A stretch of DNA of 64,000 nt from an uncultured delta proteobacterium (GTDB taxonomy: Bacteria > Desulfobacterota > Syntrophia > Syntrophales > Smithellaceae): assembly GCA_963753975.1 (NCBI GenBank), contig CAVWEH010000005.1, positions 256,001 to 320,000 on the forward strand, written 5' to 3'. The position numbers were made by a program, and so were the translations under genes. The notes under the pieces were generated by a model. It was not told where the DNA came from and did no database searches. It saw only the letters and a list, made by a program, of their open reading frames with translations. Below, piece by piece: positions 30,319 through 40,469 of the stretch (position 1 is its first letter; every line of letters begins with the position of its first letter).

Positions 30319-31450
30319 TTAGCTTCGATGTTCTGCCAGTAGATTTTCGTATATGGCTGCGTATTTTTTTGTCACATCGTCCCAGGTGTTTTGAGCTGCC
30401 GTCTGATAGGCCGCTTCAGCCAACGGCCTGCGGATATTTTCATCGAGCAGCAGAGCAATCTTTGCTGCAATATAATCGGTGTCGGCATGTATTGTTGATA
30501 ATGAATCCATTTTTCCCTTCCTGCACCAGATCTTTAGCTCCGACATTGCTGCTGATAATTACCGGCAAGCCCGCCGCCATCGCTTCCAGAACAACCATGC
30601 CGAATGTATCGAATTTGGAGAGCATAATATAAAGATCGCTGGCCAAATACATTCTGATTAATTTTTCTTTATTTACCGGGCCGGTAAAAATGACATCAGA
30701 GATGATTTGGGCTTCTTGGGCCATTTTCGTATATTTTTTTATATTTCCTTTGCCGGCAACAATGAACTTAAATTTGCGATTTTGCGCTTTTAATTTAGCC
30801 AGAGAAAACAAAATGTCATCAAGTCCTTTAATCTCAAAATTCATCGAAACAAATAAAATTACCGGATCAGCAATGTTAATTCCTAATTCCCGGCGGATAC
30901 TGTTACGAACAAAATTTTTATTCTGTTGCGCATAATCATTTAAATCCACACCGGGGTTAATAACAGCAACTTTATCAGGATTAATTTTGTATTCCTGTAA
31001 AAAAATATCTTTAGTCAGGCTGGAGACGGCGATAAATTTTTTACAGTTGCCTTTATAAACAAGTTTTTTTTCCACCCAGGCTGTGGCTAAATCGTAGAGG
31101 CTCATCTTTTTGCGGCGGATATTATGAACCCAATATCTATGCGGAATGCCGTGCATCGTGAAAATATCAGCCGCAAAAATTCTTTCGTGGCTGTGGACGA
31201 GAGAAAAATTATTGCGGTTTATCTGGTGTTGGACAAAATAAGCAAAGCTGATTGTGGTTAGAAATTTGGGGAAAGAAATAATGGGGATTTTATGAAATCT
31301 TGTCGTGGTAGATGACGTCTGCCAGCGATTGGCTAATACATAAAAATCAAAGCCTGTTTGATGGGCAAGCCGTTCGGTCAATTCGGCTGTGGATTGTTCG
31401 GCTCCGCCGAGCAGACCATATTTAGGTATAACCACGGCAATATTTCGCAT
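30319..31450 (-). pseudogene. GT4 glycosyltransferase with one frameshift near the 3' end
   Basis: GGAE, VHSHER, KGLD, DTFGMVVLEAMAAGLPVI. An extra base near 30488 shifts the last ~55 codons into ORF 30319-30546. Confidence 0.82.
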
Positions 31451-31519
31451 AAGGTAAACTGATTTTGCTATTTTTTTTGGAGATAGCTCTAACACAGAAA
31501 GAAGAAAAAATCATGCTTT

Positions 31520-31645
31520 AATCAATGACACTCGCTGAAAACAAACAGAGTGCAGTTTGAAGCGTAAATGGAATCAATGAGACTCAAGTTTTAGAAACGA
31601 AGCGAACTAAAACTTCTAAGTCGAATTAATCCCGCCGTTTACGGC
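31520..31645 (-). repeat. Two tandem family-A palindromic repeats
   Basis: Minus strand: cgggattaattcgac-aagttttag..ctaaaactt-gagtctcattgatt, followed by a copy ending gtgtcattgatt that closely matches 49839-49890. Confidence 0.7.
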
Positions 31646-31749
31646 TACTAAAAAACATGCCCAAACTGAAGATATCACACATGCTTATTGAGACGTCTCT
31701 TGTAAAATCAAAGAATATATTATAGAGGAAAGGATAAAAGGATGATTAG

Positions 31750-32511
31750 ATGAAAAGGTATTATCGCTTATTTAAAACTTTTAAAAATTGGCAACTATAT
31801 CTCGCCTACAAATATGGTTTTGCCGATGTAAAGACGCTTATATTTGAAACCCGCAATGGAGTGATTATGGAAGTACCCATAAGGCTCTTACAGACGTTCA
31901 AAGAAATTTTTATGGATGAGTGCTATCTGGCCGGCCTGGAAAATGATGTTGCCCCTGATTCCACGATTATTGATATCGGGGCAAATGCCGGCTATTTTAC
32001 ACTTTTTGCGGCATCCATTTATCCTCAGGCCAAATTGTTTTCCTTTGAACCGGTGCCGGTTAATTATGCTCAACTCAAGCGCCACCGAGACCTAAATGAT
32101 GCCTGTAAAATCAGCTGTTTCCCTTTGGCGGTGGCCGGGCATTCCGGAAAAATTAATTTAACCTTTGATCGCGGTGATTCTTTTACCACAAGTGCGACCA
32201 TGCTTGCCTCCAAGGAAAACAAGGGAGAATTTCTTAGTATTCCCTGTGTAACCTTAAAAGAAATAATGGATGAAAACGCAATCGGAAAATGTGATCTGTT
32301 GAAAATGGATTGTGAAGGAGCAGAATACGATATTTTATATAATTGTCCTCCGGAATATTTACAGCGGATAAATCAGATTGCCATGGAAGTTCATCGCGGC
32401 GAAAAGGAAACCCAGAATATTGACGCTTTGGAGGCTTTTTTCCGGCAGCAGGGATTTTTCACCCGTCGGAAGCCTGTCGGCATGCTCTGGGCTTGGCGAA
32501 GATCAAAATAA
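31750..32511 (+). CDS. FkbM-family methyltransferase
   Basis: IIDIGANAG, FSFEP, LLKMDCEGAEY, MEVH. Confidence 0.92.
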   Translation: MKRYYRLFKTFKNWQLYLAYKYGFADVKTLIFETRNGVIMEVPIRLLQTFKEIFMDECYLAGLENDVAPDSTIIDIGANAGYFTLFAASIYPQAKLFSFEPVPVNYAQLKRHRDLNDACKISCFPLAVAGHSGKINLTFDRGDSFTTSATMLASKENKGEFLSIPCVTLKEIMDENAIGKCDLLKMDCEGAEYDILYNCPPEYLQRINQIAMEVHRGEKETQNIDALEAFFRQQGFFTRRKPVGMLWAWRRSK

Positions 32512-32541
32512 TCAATAATGGTGTTTTCTAAGGAGAAATAT

Positions 32542-33426
32542 TTGAAAAAGATTCCCCTCGCGGCAGCCATAATAACAAAAAATGAAGAAGAAAATATTCG
32601 CCAGTGCCTGCAAAGCATTGCTTTTGCCAGCCAGGTAGTCCTAGTTGATTCGGGTAGTACTGACGCTACTTTGGCCATTGCCAAAGAGTTCGGCTGTGAA
32701 ATTTACAGTGAAGAGTGGCGGGGTTTCGGTCCGCAGAAACAGTCGGCAATTGAAAGGTGCCGCCTGCCCTGGATTTTAGTTCTGGATGCTGATGAACGCA
32801 TTCCTCCTGACACGGCGGATATTATAAAAAAAATTGTTACTGACTCTAATGTCAAGGAAGCAGGGTTCAGCTTCCCCCGGAAGAATTATTTTCAAGGGCG
32901 ATGGATCAAGCATGCCGGCTGGTGGCCGGATCGTGTTATCCGACTGTTTCGCAAAGAGTCAGGTCGAATAACCTCTGTTAAAGTTCATGAATCAGTAGAA
33001 GTGACGGGGATTGCTGGAGAGCTTAATGTTCCCATTGAGCATTTTACGGAAAGCTCTTTAAGTAAGATCATCCAAAAAATTGACAAATATTCAACTCTGG
33101 CAGCCGAAGAGGCTTTTAAAGAGGGAAAACATTCGTCGGCGTTTTCAGCTTTTGCGCGCGCGTTTTTCACATTTAACCAGGATTATTTTTTAAGGCTGGG
33201 TATTCTGGACGGCAGACAGGGGCTTATCCTTGCTGTTACCGATGCAGTTAATAAATTTTTTAAATACGCAAAATTAAGTGAGCTAGAACAAGCCAGCCGA
33301 GACGGTGGAGCTCCTCTGACAGGAGCCGTAGGCTCCTTTACAAAATACGACATCCCGCCGATTGCAGAACACATTCAATCCCCGGTGGGAGATGAGTATG
33401 TTCTGCGGCGGGGAAAAAACAAATGA
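32542..33426 (+). CDS. GT2 glycosyltransferase (WaaE/KdtX-like LPS glucosyltransferase) with atypical C-terminal tail
   Basis: IITKNEE, VDSGSTD, GFGPQKQ, LDADE, VHE, LDGRQG, KYAKL. TTG 32542 follows AAGGAG. Confidence 0.88.
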   Translation: MKKIPLAAAIITKNEEENIRQCLQSIAFASQVVLVDSGSTDATLAIAKEFGCEIYSEEWRGFGPQKQSAIERCRLPWILVLDADERIPPDTADIIKKIVTDSNVKEAGFSFPRKNYFQGRWIKHAGWWPDRVIRLFRKESGRITSVKVHESVEVTGIAGELNVPIEHFTESSLSKIIQKIDKYSTLAAEEAFKEGKHSSAFSAFARAFFTFNQDYFLRLGILDGRQGLILAVTDAVNKFFKYAKLSELEQASRDGGAPLTGAVGSFTKYDIPPIAEHIQSPVGDEYVLRRGKNK

Positions 33427-34385
33427 AAGACCGTGATGATGAAGATCAATCTGTGGAAATTGCTGTCTCCGTAATAATTATTAACTGGAATACGAAAGAT
33501 ATTCTCCAAAACTGCCTCGATTCAATTTATCAGACAATTGATAATCTGTCCTGCGAGATAATAGTTGTGGATAATGCATCTTCCGATGGTTCGCAGGAAT
33601 TGTTGCAGCAGCGTTATGCACAAGTAATCAAAATTTACAATGAGATCAACAGGGGTTTTGGCGCCGCCAATAATCAGGCATTTGCCGTTATGAAGGGCAA
33701 ATATGCCCTGCTTTTGAATACCGATACGATATTGACTCCCGGTGCGATAAACAAGTTGTATTCTTTTGCCAAGACTCATCCTCAAGCGGCAATTGTCTGT
33801 GGACAGCTTTTAAATGCCGATGGTAGCAAACAAAATTCCGTTGCCCCATTTCCCAGCATGCTTACGCTTGCCGCCAACATTTCTCTTCTGGAATACCTGT
33901 TTCCCCAATATTATCCCAGCAAAAGATACAAATATAGCACGCCGATTGAAGTAGATTCAGCGATCGGCGCCTGTATGATGATTAACAAAAAAGCGCTGGC
34001 TGAAGCCGGTTTTTTTGATGAGCGGTACTTTTTCTTCTTTGAAGAAACAGATTTAGCTTACGCCTTTCACAGCAAAGGATGGAGCGTTTTTCATGTGCCG
34101 GATGCTTTTATCTATCATCTGCAAGGACAAAGCATCGGCCATAATGTTGGATCAAGGATTGAATTTTACCGCTCCCGGTATCAATTTCTTCGCAAATGGC
34201 ATAGCCGGAAATATGTTTATCCGGCTGCCGCTATAATATTTTTTCGACTTTTAATTAATTGGTTATTTAGTTGCGCAGTTAACGTCCTCACCTTTGGTTT
34301 GGTTAAGGAACTGCGTCAAAAATTATTTGTTTATTCCCGGCTAATTCTTTGGCATCTGAAAAGCTGTATTATACGCCATGGCTAA
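33423..34385 (+). CDS. GT2 glycosyltransferase
   Basis: VIIINWN, VVDNASSDGS, GFGAANN, LLNTD, FDERYFFFFEETD. Confidence 0.9.
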   Translation: MKDRDDEDQSVEIAVSVIIINWNTKDILQNCLDSIYQTIDNLSCEIIVVDNASSDGSQELLQQRYAQVIKIYNEINRGFGAANNQAFAVMKGKYALLLNTDTILTPGAINKLYSFAKTHPQAAIVCGQLLNADGSKQNSVAPFPSMLTLAANISLLEYLFPQYYPSKRYKYSTPIEVDSAIGACMMINKKALAEAGFFDERYFFFFEETDLAYAFHSKGWSVFHVPDAFIYHLQGQSIGHNVGSRIEFYRSRYQFLRKWHSRKYVYPAAAIIFFRLLINWLFSCAVNVLTFGLVKELRQKLFVYSRLILWHLKSCIIRHG

Positions 34386-34416
34386 ATATCTGCTAATTCG
34401 CTCTCCATTATTTTCC

Positions 34417-34467
34417 TTGACATTCATTCTTAATTTAAGTATTTCCGACATGTTCATGCTATGAACT
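34417..34467 (+). promoter_or_regulatory. Sigma70-like promoter plus palindromic operator upstream of the EPS-MarR gene
   Basis: TTGACA (34417)-17 nt-TATTTC (34440), then GTTCAT-gct-ATGAAC (34452-34466). Confidence 0.5.
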
Positions 34468-34479
34468 AATGAGGTTGCA

Positions 34480-34860
34480 ATGCCAAGTTACCTAAAAATT
34501 GATCTTGAAACCGAAGAAACCTTAGGTGTACTCCGGGAAATCGAAGCCAACCCTGAAATGACCCAGCGGGCGCTTTCGTTGCGCCTGGGATTGAGTCTGG
34601 GTAAAATTAACTTCCTCGTTAAAGCTTTGATTGAAAAAGGTCTAATCAAAGTAGAAAATTTCAAAAATTCCAAAAACAAAAGTGCTTATCTTTATTCCCT
34701 GACTCCCCATGGTTTTGAGGAAAAAACAAAGGCCACATATCTCTTCCTTAAAAGAAAAATAGAAGAATACGAGAGATTGGAAGTGGAGATCAAGCAACTG
34801 AAAAAGGAAGCCGGTGTTGTTGATCTGCCGGTGAAAATTCAAGATAATATCCCTTCCTAG
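34480..34860 (+). CDS. MarR-family EPS-associated transcriptional regulator
   Basis: TQRALS..LGLSLGKINF..ALIEKGLIK..NF..SKNK..YLY.LTPHG..EK pattern; located in a glycan locus. Confidence 0.88.
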   Translation: MPSYLKIDLETEETLGVLREIEANPEMTQRALSLRLGLSLGKINFLVKALIEKGLIKVENFKNSKNKSAYLYSLTPHGFEEKTKATYLFLKRKIEEYERLEVEIKQLKKEAGVVDLPVKIQDNIPS

Positions 34861-34942
34861 GGATATTATAAATATAAACCGTTTTGTTATCCAATGGATG
34901 CCCGCTTTTGTAATCCAGAGGGCGGAGCTGTATAATCATAGT

Positions 34943-35119
34943 GTGACTTTTGCAAAACTGTATAAAACCAACAATTATGTCATACCGGTCATGATGACCT
35001 TCAGGTTACGAAGGCCGACATCCAGTATTTTCAAGCATTTCCTAGATTCCCCCGTATCACGTACGGGGCAGGCTTAGTCAAGCCTGGAATGACGAATAGT
35101 GGAGTTGTGCAAAGGTCTC
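34943..35119. mobile_element. MITE-like element (177 bp) with 17-bp imperfect terminal inverted repeats and an internal GTCAT..GGAATGAC palindrome (family B)
   Basis: Left end gtgacttttgcaaaact versus reverse complement of right end gagacctttgcacaact (14/17). No ORF. Confidence 0.6.
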
Positions 35120-35294
35120 AAAGCGAATTGGTATTAATCTGAATTCGTTAGCGAGCGCATTCCCCGTATTCATGACGATGGCGTGACGGGGTAAGCGAAC
35201 GAATACTAAATAATATTTTTCCTTAAGAATCGAAGATTCTCCGGGGCTTGCCGCGGAGAGCTTCAAATATCCGGAATCAGGAGGTAGAAAATTT

Positions 35295-36059
35295 ATGGAG
35301 TATGTCTATATGCTTTTCAAAGGATTTATCGATCCCGTTTTCATCGTAATTTTATTGCTGCTTATCGCTTTCTTCATTTGCCTGATCGGCGGCAAGAAAA
35401 AAAACGGTGCTTTGATTCTATTATTATCGATTGTTTTACTTTACGGCGCGAGTATTTTTCCTGTGGCCAATTACCTTTGCTACTATTTAGAAAAGGACTA
35501 TATTAAGAACCAAAGTGATGGAGAGCAAAATATTGATGTGCTTGTCGTGCTGGGTGGCGGCGCTCAGGATATCAATTCCTTAAATAATACTTTCCCCACT
35601 GAAGCGACATCTACCCGCCTTCTTCACGCAGTAGATATTTATAATAAAAAGGGGGTGAAGTACTTTGTGTGCGTGGGCAAAGGAAGTGGTAAAATCACGG
35701 AAGCGGAGTTAATGGCTCAGTTGGCGCAGCGGCTGGGAGTGCCGAAGGAAAAAATCAGGATGGAACCTAAATCAATAAATACATGGGCCAATGCTGTGGA
35801 ACTAAATAAAATGTTTGCCAACAAAAATATTTATATCGGACTTGTTACTTCAGCCTCTCATCTAAAAAGAGCTGAGAAGGAATTCAAAAAATATTTCAAT
35901 AATGTAGTGCCGTTTCCGGCTAATTACTACTACGCATCATCTGCCGAAAATATTTTTGTCAAATACGCGCCACAGACTAGTTCGCTTTCTAAAACCTCTC
36001 TAGCTTTAAAAGAAATCGCCGGTCAGCTATGGTATAGCGTAAAAAGTGTAACGCAATAA
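35295..36059 (+). CDS. YdcF/ElyC-like DUF218 membrane protein
   Basis: Two N-terminal TMs, VVLGGG, TEAELM, EPKSINTWANA, LVTSASHLKRA, KE..G; GGAGG RBS. Confidence 0.85.
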   Translation: MEYVYMLFKGFIDPVFIVILLLLIAFFICLIGGKKKNGALILLLSIVLLYGASIFPVANYLCYYLEKDYIKNQSDGEQNIDVLVVLGGGAQDINSLNNTFPTEATSTRLLHAVDIYNKKGVKYFVCVGKGSGKITEAELMAQLAQRLGVPKEKIRMEPKSINTWANAVELNKMFANKNIYIGLVTSASHLKRAEKEFKKYFNNVVPFPANYYYASSAENIFVKYAPQTSSLSKTSLALKEIAGQLWYSVKSVTQ

Positions 36060-36081
36060 TATGATTTGTATCCTCAATTTT

Positions 36082-36200
36082 GCCATTCCGGCAGGAAACC
36101 ACGGCGAATGCCTGGGAAGCCGGAATCCGGTAATATCAAGTGTTTCCTAGATTCCGGGTCAAGCCCGGAATGACGAATAGCAGAGTTTTACAAAGATTTC
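36082..36200. repeat. Second family-B palindromic element
   Basis: gccattccgg..ccggaatcc..tttcctagattccgggtcaagcccggaatgacgaatag, similar to 34979-35099, with a degenerate right end. Confidence 0.65.
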
Positions 36201-36203
36201 ATT

Positions 36204-37709
36204 ATGAGTCTGCTCAAACGAAATATTAGCGCAAATTTATTCGGGAATGCTTGGATGGCCCTGATGGGACTTGTGTTTGTACCCCTGTATATAAAATTTC
36301 TGGGGGTGGAATCATACGGGCTAATCGGTATTTTTACCATATTCCAAGTGATGACCGGACTTCTAGATATGGGGTTGAGCGGTACAGTGAACCGTGAAAT
36401 GGCGCGGCTTTCCGTGCTGCCGGGAAAAGAACAGGAAATACGCAATCTGGTCCGTTCTCTGGAAATTATTTACTGGTGTATAGCATTGTTTATCGGAATT
36501 GCGGTCATAGCAGCGTCGCCTTTTATTGCTCATCATTGGGTCAGGGCAGAGCAATTATCATCCTCAACTATTGAACAGGCAATTTTAATAATGGGATTTA
36601 CATTGATGCTGCAATGGCCAACCAGTCTTTACGTCGGCGGGCTTATCGGGCTGCAACGCCAAATTATATTAAACGTGGTTAATATTAGCATAAGCACTTT
36701 ACGCGGCGTTGGCGCTGTTGCGGTTTTATGGCTGATTTCTCCCACGATTCAGGCATTTTTTTTATGGCAGATCATTATCAGCGCAATACAAACTTTTCTT
36801 TTGATGCTTCTTCTCTGGCGCCGACTACCACGGGCTGGGAACCCGGCGGGCTTTCAAAAGCAACTGCTCCATGGCATCTGGCGGTTTGCGGCCGGCATTG
36901 GCGGAACCAGTATCCTGGGAATAATTCTTACTCAAGTGGATAAAATCATATTAAGCAAAATGCTGTCTCTCGAGATGTTTGGTTATTACGCCTTGGCCAG
37001 TATAATTGCCTTGAGCCCGCTACGTTTGAGCGGATCGCTATTCGTCAGTATTTATCCCCGATTCACCCAACTGGTTTCTCTCAACGAGAAGGAAAGGTTA
37101 AAACAACTTTATCATAAAGGCTGCCAGTTTATGTCTGTTTTGATTTTACCTGCTTCCATTGTTGTTGCCCTGTATTCTTATGAAATCATTTTGCTTTGGA
37201 CACAAAGCCCGATAACAGCTGAAAAATCGTACTTGCTGGTGAGTATTCTCATTTGCGGGACCGCCCTTAATGCCCTTATGTATCTTCCCCATGCGCTGCA
37301 ATTGTCATTTGGCTGGACCAGATTATATTTTTTCAGTAATTTGGTGGCCGTTGTCCTGTTTGTTACGTTGATAATTTACATGACGGCCAACTATGGTGCC
37401 GTCGGGGCGGCAAGTGTCTGGCTGATTTTAAACGTAGGTTATGTGCTATTTGAAGTTCCACTGATGCATCGCCGCCTGTTAAATAAAGAAAAATGGCGCT
37501 GGTATTGGCAGGATGTATTGCTTCCGCTTGCTGCGGCTTTAGTTATTGCCGCTTCCGGGAAATTATTTATCAACTCCTCAATGACACAATTTACGTCGTT
37601 GATTTATTTGTCGATAATTTCAGCATTAACGCTGGGAATAACAGCAATTATTACACCGGTAACAAGGGGATGGCTTTGGGGGCAGTTGCTGAAAATAAAA
37701 CTGGGATAG
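36204..37709 (+). CDS. wzx: Wzx-type polysaccharide flippase
   Basis: LKRNISAN, LGVESYGL, LDMGL, QVDKIILSK..FGYY, YPRF; about 14 TMs. Confidence 0.88.
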   Translation: MSLLKRNISANLFGNAWMALMGLVFVPLYIKFLGVESYGLIGIFTIFQVMTGLLDMGLSGTVNREMARLSVLPGKEQEIRNLVRSLEIIYWCIALFIGIAVIAASPFIAHHWVRAEQLSSSTIEQAILIMGFTLMLQWPTSLYVGGLIGLQRQIILNVVNISISTLRGVGAVAVLWLISPTIQAFFLWQIIISAIQTFLLMLLLWRRLPRAGNPAGFQKQLLHGIWRFAAGIGGTSILGIILTQVDKIILSKMLSLEMFGYYALASIIALSPLRLSGSLFVSIYPRFTQLVSLNEKERLKQLYHKGCQFMSVLILPASIVVALYSYEIILLWTQSPITAEKSYLLVSILICGTALNALMYLPHALQLSFGWTRLYFFSNLVAVVLFVTLIIYMTANYGAVGAASVWLILNVGYVLFEVPLMHRRLLNKEKWRWYWQDVLLPLAAALVIAASGKLFINSSMTQFTSLIYLSIISALTLGITAIITPVTRGWLWGQLLKIKLG

Positions 37710-37849
37710 AGAAACTAAATAGAGGTTATCACGTATTTAATTGCCTACGAATTGCCTCATTTTTCATTGACATACAAGAATAATTTCCCTAAACTCATTT
37801 AATGGCTGAGCTCTAACTTAACATGTGGTAAAAGTATCGGAGGTAGGTC

Positions 37850-38707
37850 ATGCAGAAGCAAAGTCTTAACCATGAAAATGAAAAAGAAACCTTAAGTTTA
37901 GATTATTTATTTAATTTAATTAAAAGGAAATGGACAGTAGTTGTTTTTGTAACGTTTATATTTATTGTATTTGCCGTTTATAATGCTTTTTTTAAAAGGG
38001 ATGTTTATGTAGTTAAATTTTGTATGACATATATTACCTCAGTTAAAAATGATCCTCTTTTAATACCAATAGAAACATCAACACTTGAAACCATAGTTTA
38101 TAATTTTATTACGAAGTATGAAAATAAAAAGGCTGAAATCAATAGTGGCAAGATTATTTCAAATGCTAATAAATATATTAGTTTTAACAAATTAAGTGTA
38201 TCGCCGTTGGAAAGTGAAACTGCAGGTAGAAAAACTAAAACACTGGAAATGTCTTTATTTGTTTATAATACTTCTTATACAAAAGAAATAATAAATGATT
38301 TAATAGATTATGTTAATAAAAATGAACTGATAAAAAATTGGTTTGAGCAAAGAAATAAATCGCTTATTAATACAAAGAAAAATCTGGAATCAGGACTGGC
38401 TGGAATGATAAATTTCAAAAACAAAATAAGATCAGGTGAATTGCGATTATATAATTTTAATTTTAACATTTACAGGGACATTATGGATACCAAAACTGAA
38501 ATTGCAATAATAGAATTAAAATTGAAAGATGTTAGCGCAGTATATGTAGTTGCGGATCCCGAGAATCCTGTTAGACCAACCGGTTTGCCTCCTTTGGAAT
38601 GCTTTGTTATATTTAGTCTATTAGGATTTTTTTCTTCAATTATATTAATTATATTATTAGATAAAGTCCTTATTCTATCTAAGAAAACCAATAATATATC
38701 TATTTGA
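37850..38707 (+). CDS. Wzz-like chain-length regulator
   Basis: N-terminal TM after 'LFNLIKRKW', coiled-coil middle, Pro-rich PENPVRP before the C-terminal TM; AT-rich. Confidence 0.6.
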   Translation: MQKQSLNHENEKETLSLDYLFNLIKRKWTVVVFVTFIFIVFAVYNAFFKRDVYVVKFCMTYITSVKNDPLLIPIETSTLETIVYNFITKYENKKAEINSGKIISNANKYISFNKLSVSPLESETAGRKTKTLEMSLFVYNTSYTKEIINDLIDYVNKNELIKNWFEQRNKSLINTKKNLESGLAGMINFKNKIRSGELRLYNFNFNIYRDIMDTKTEIAIIELKLKDVSAVYVVADPENPVRPTGLPPLECFVIFSLLGFFSSIILIILLDKVLILSKKTNNISI

Positions 38708-38948
38708 ACAATAAATGAAATTAAACATAGTGAGGAACGCAAATGATCTATTTGTATTACAAGCTGTGAGTTTTATTATGATTCAACGTGTTCTTTCAAA
38801 CACCCATATTCATAGAAAGAAATTCATAAGTTTAACAAACATTACTTCATTATTTTTGTTTTCTGTATTTTTTATTTTAATAATCGCTTTGAAGGCAAAT
38901 ACTTCATAACACGCTTAATCTATTTAATGAAAATTTTTAATTATAATA

Positions 38949-40220
38949 ATGATACAGAAAAAAACATTTAAATATATCTGGTCTTTTATTATAGCAATTC
39001 AAATGTTTGTCGGACGGTTTTATGATGAGCGTTTTTGTTTTTTTGATATTAACTTTTCTATAATTATTTCTGTTATATTTCTATTATTTATGTTAATTGG
39101 TTACACCCTTTACGAAAAAACACCGCTGGATTTTAATTTACAAATTTATTTGATTTTTGCATTCCTGTTGGTGTTGATCGCTTTATTTTTCTTTTTTATA
39201 AATAACTTTTCAAATGAATATGGATTAAAGAAATTTCTTGAATTTATTTTTATTACTTCTTTATTGGTAATTATTATCCTTTATTCGAAAGATATTGAAT
39301 TGCTTAAATATATAATTATAAGTATGTTCTTATTAGCAACATTTTTATTTATTTCAGCGTATATTCTTTCATTAAAAAACAAATTTGTGTTTGATGGTGA
39401 GAGATTGGCATTGTTTGGAGGAGGACCTATTGTTTTTGCACGATGGATTATTATGGCAATGTTGTGTTTTATATATGTAATAAAAACCAGGATGTTATAT
39501 AAAATATTATATGTTATTTTTGGAACGATATTGGTTTTATTTTCAGGAAGCAAAGGTCCTTTATTGGCTTTTTTAGTTTCTGTTTCATTAACTTATGCCA
39601 TATCAAATATACAATCGAAACGATTTATTTATTCTATTATATTGTTAATGGTTGGATTTACAATAACTTTCTTTTCTGTTTCATATTTAAATTCCGTGGT
39701 TTTATTGCCTGAAAGAATACACCAATTAACCGACCCCGATAAATTAGTTGTTACTGCTTCAGTTACCGATAGAGAAGAAATGTATCCTGCATCTTATGAG
39801 ATATTTCTTCAACACCCTCTTGGAATTGGACTTGGCAATTGGGCATATTATCACAATAATAATCACGTTAAACTAAATCTTAACGATTATCCACATAATG
39901 TTTTTTTAGAAATATTGAATGAATCAGGAATATTTGTTTTTATATTATTTGTCATCATAATTATAATGACATTTTGCAAATCGTACGTTTTTTATAAAAA
40001 TTATCACAAATCAGAATATTGCAAATCAAAAAATGAAAATTTAAAATTAATTAATTTCTTTTTTTCTTTTTTTCTTTTTACATTTATTAACAGCAACATT
40101 AGTGGAGATTTATCAAATAATAGGCATTTGTTTTTTGCAATAGCTTCTTTACTGGTTATTACTTCTTCGTTTAAAAAAAATGTGATTACACAGCAAAAAC
40201 GAATTAATAATATATGTTGA
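38949..40220 (+). CDS. O-antigen polymerase/ligase family (Wzy_C) membrane protein
   Basis: About 11 TMs, SGSKGP, R..M, HPLGIGLG, YPHNVFLEIL.E.G; very AT-rich. Confidence 0.8.
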   Translation: MIQKKTFKYIWSFIIAIQMFVGRFYDERFCFFDINFSIIISVIFLLFMLIGYTLYEKTPLDFNLQIYLIFAFLLVLIALFFFFINNFSNEYGLKKFLEFIFITSLLVIIILYSKDIELLKYIIISMFLLATFLFISAYILSLKNKFVFDGERLALFGGGPIVFARWIIMAMLCFIYVIKTRMLYKILYVIFGTILVLFSGSKGPLLAFLVSVSLTYAISNIQSKRFIYSIILLMVGFTITFFSVSYLNSVVLLPERIHQLTDPDKLVVTASVTDREEMYPASYEIFLQHPLGIGLGNWAYYHNNNHVKLNLNDYPHNVFLEILNESGIFVFILFVIIIIMTFCKSYVFYKNYHKSEYCKSKNENLKLINFFFSFFLFTFINSNISGDLSNNRHLFFAIASLLVITSSFKKNVITQQKRINNIC

Positions 40221-40357
40221 ATAATAAAATACCAATCATTATACCTTGCTGACCCAGCACTATCAGTTTACATACCCTCTGAAAGATGCACTTTGAATGT
40301 GCCAAATGGAAAGATACTTGGATACATGACCATACGAACACCTGCGATTCAGGCAAC

Positions 40358-40386
40358 CTTTTAATCTGGGTTTTTCAAACCGGTGA
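40358..40386 (+). repeat. 29-bp direct repeat, copy 1 (relic GT4 5' end)
   Basis: cttttaatctgggtttttcaaaccggtga is identical to 41561-41589. Confidence 0.9.
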
Positions 40387-40469
40387 GCCAAATCAATTAT
40401 TCCGGACCATCCCTCATACCGCAGATTAATTTATGATGAATGAGCTTAACTCTGAAAGGACAAGATCAA

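Noticed and set aside
34918..34930. GGGCGGAGCTG as an ops/JUMPstart element
   Set aside because: Does not match GGCGGTAG, and no flanking JUMPstart sequence is present.
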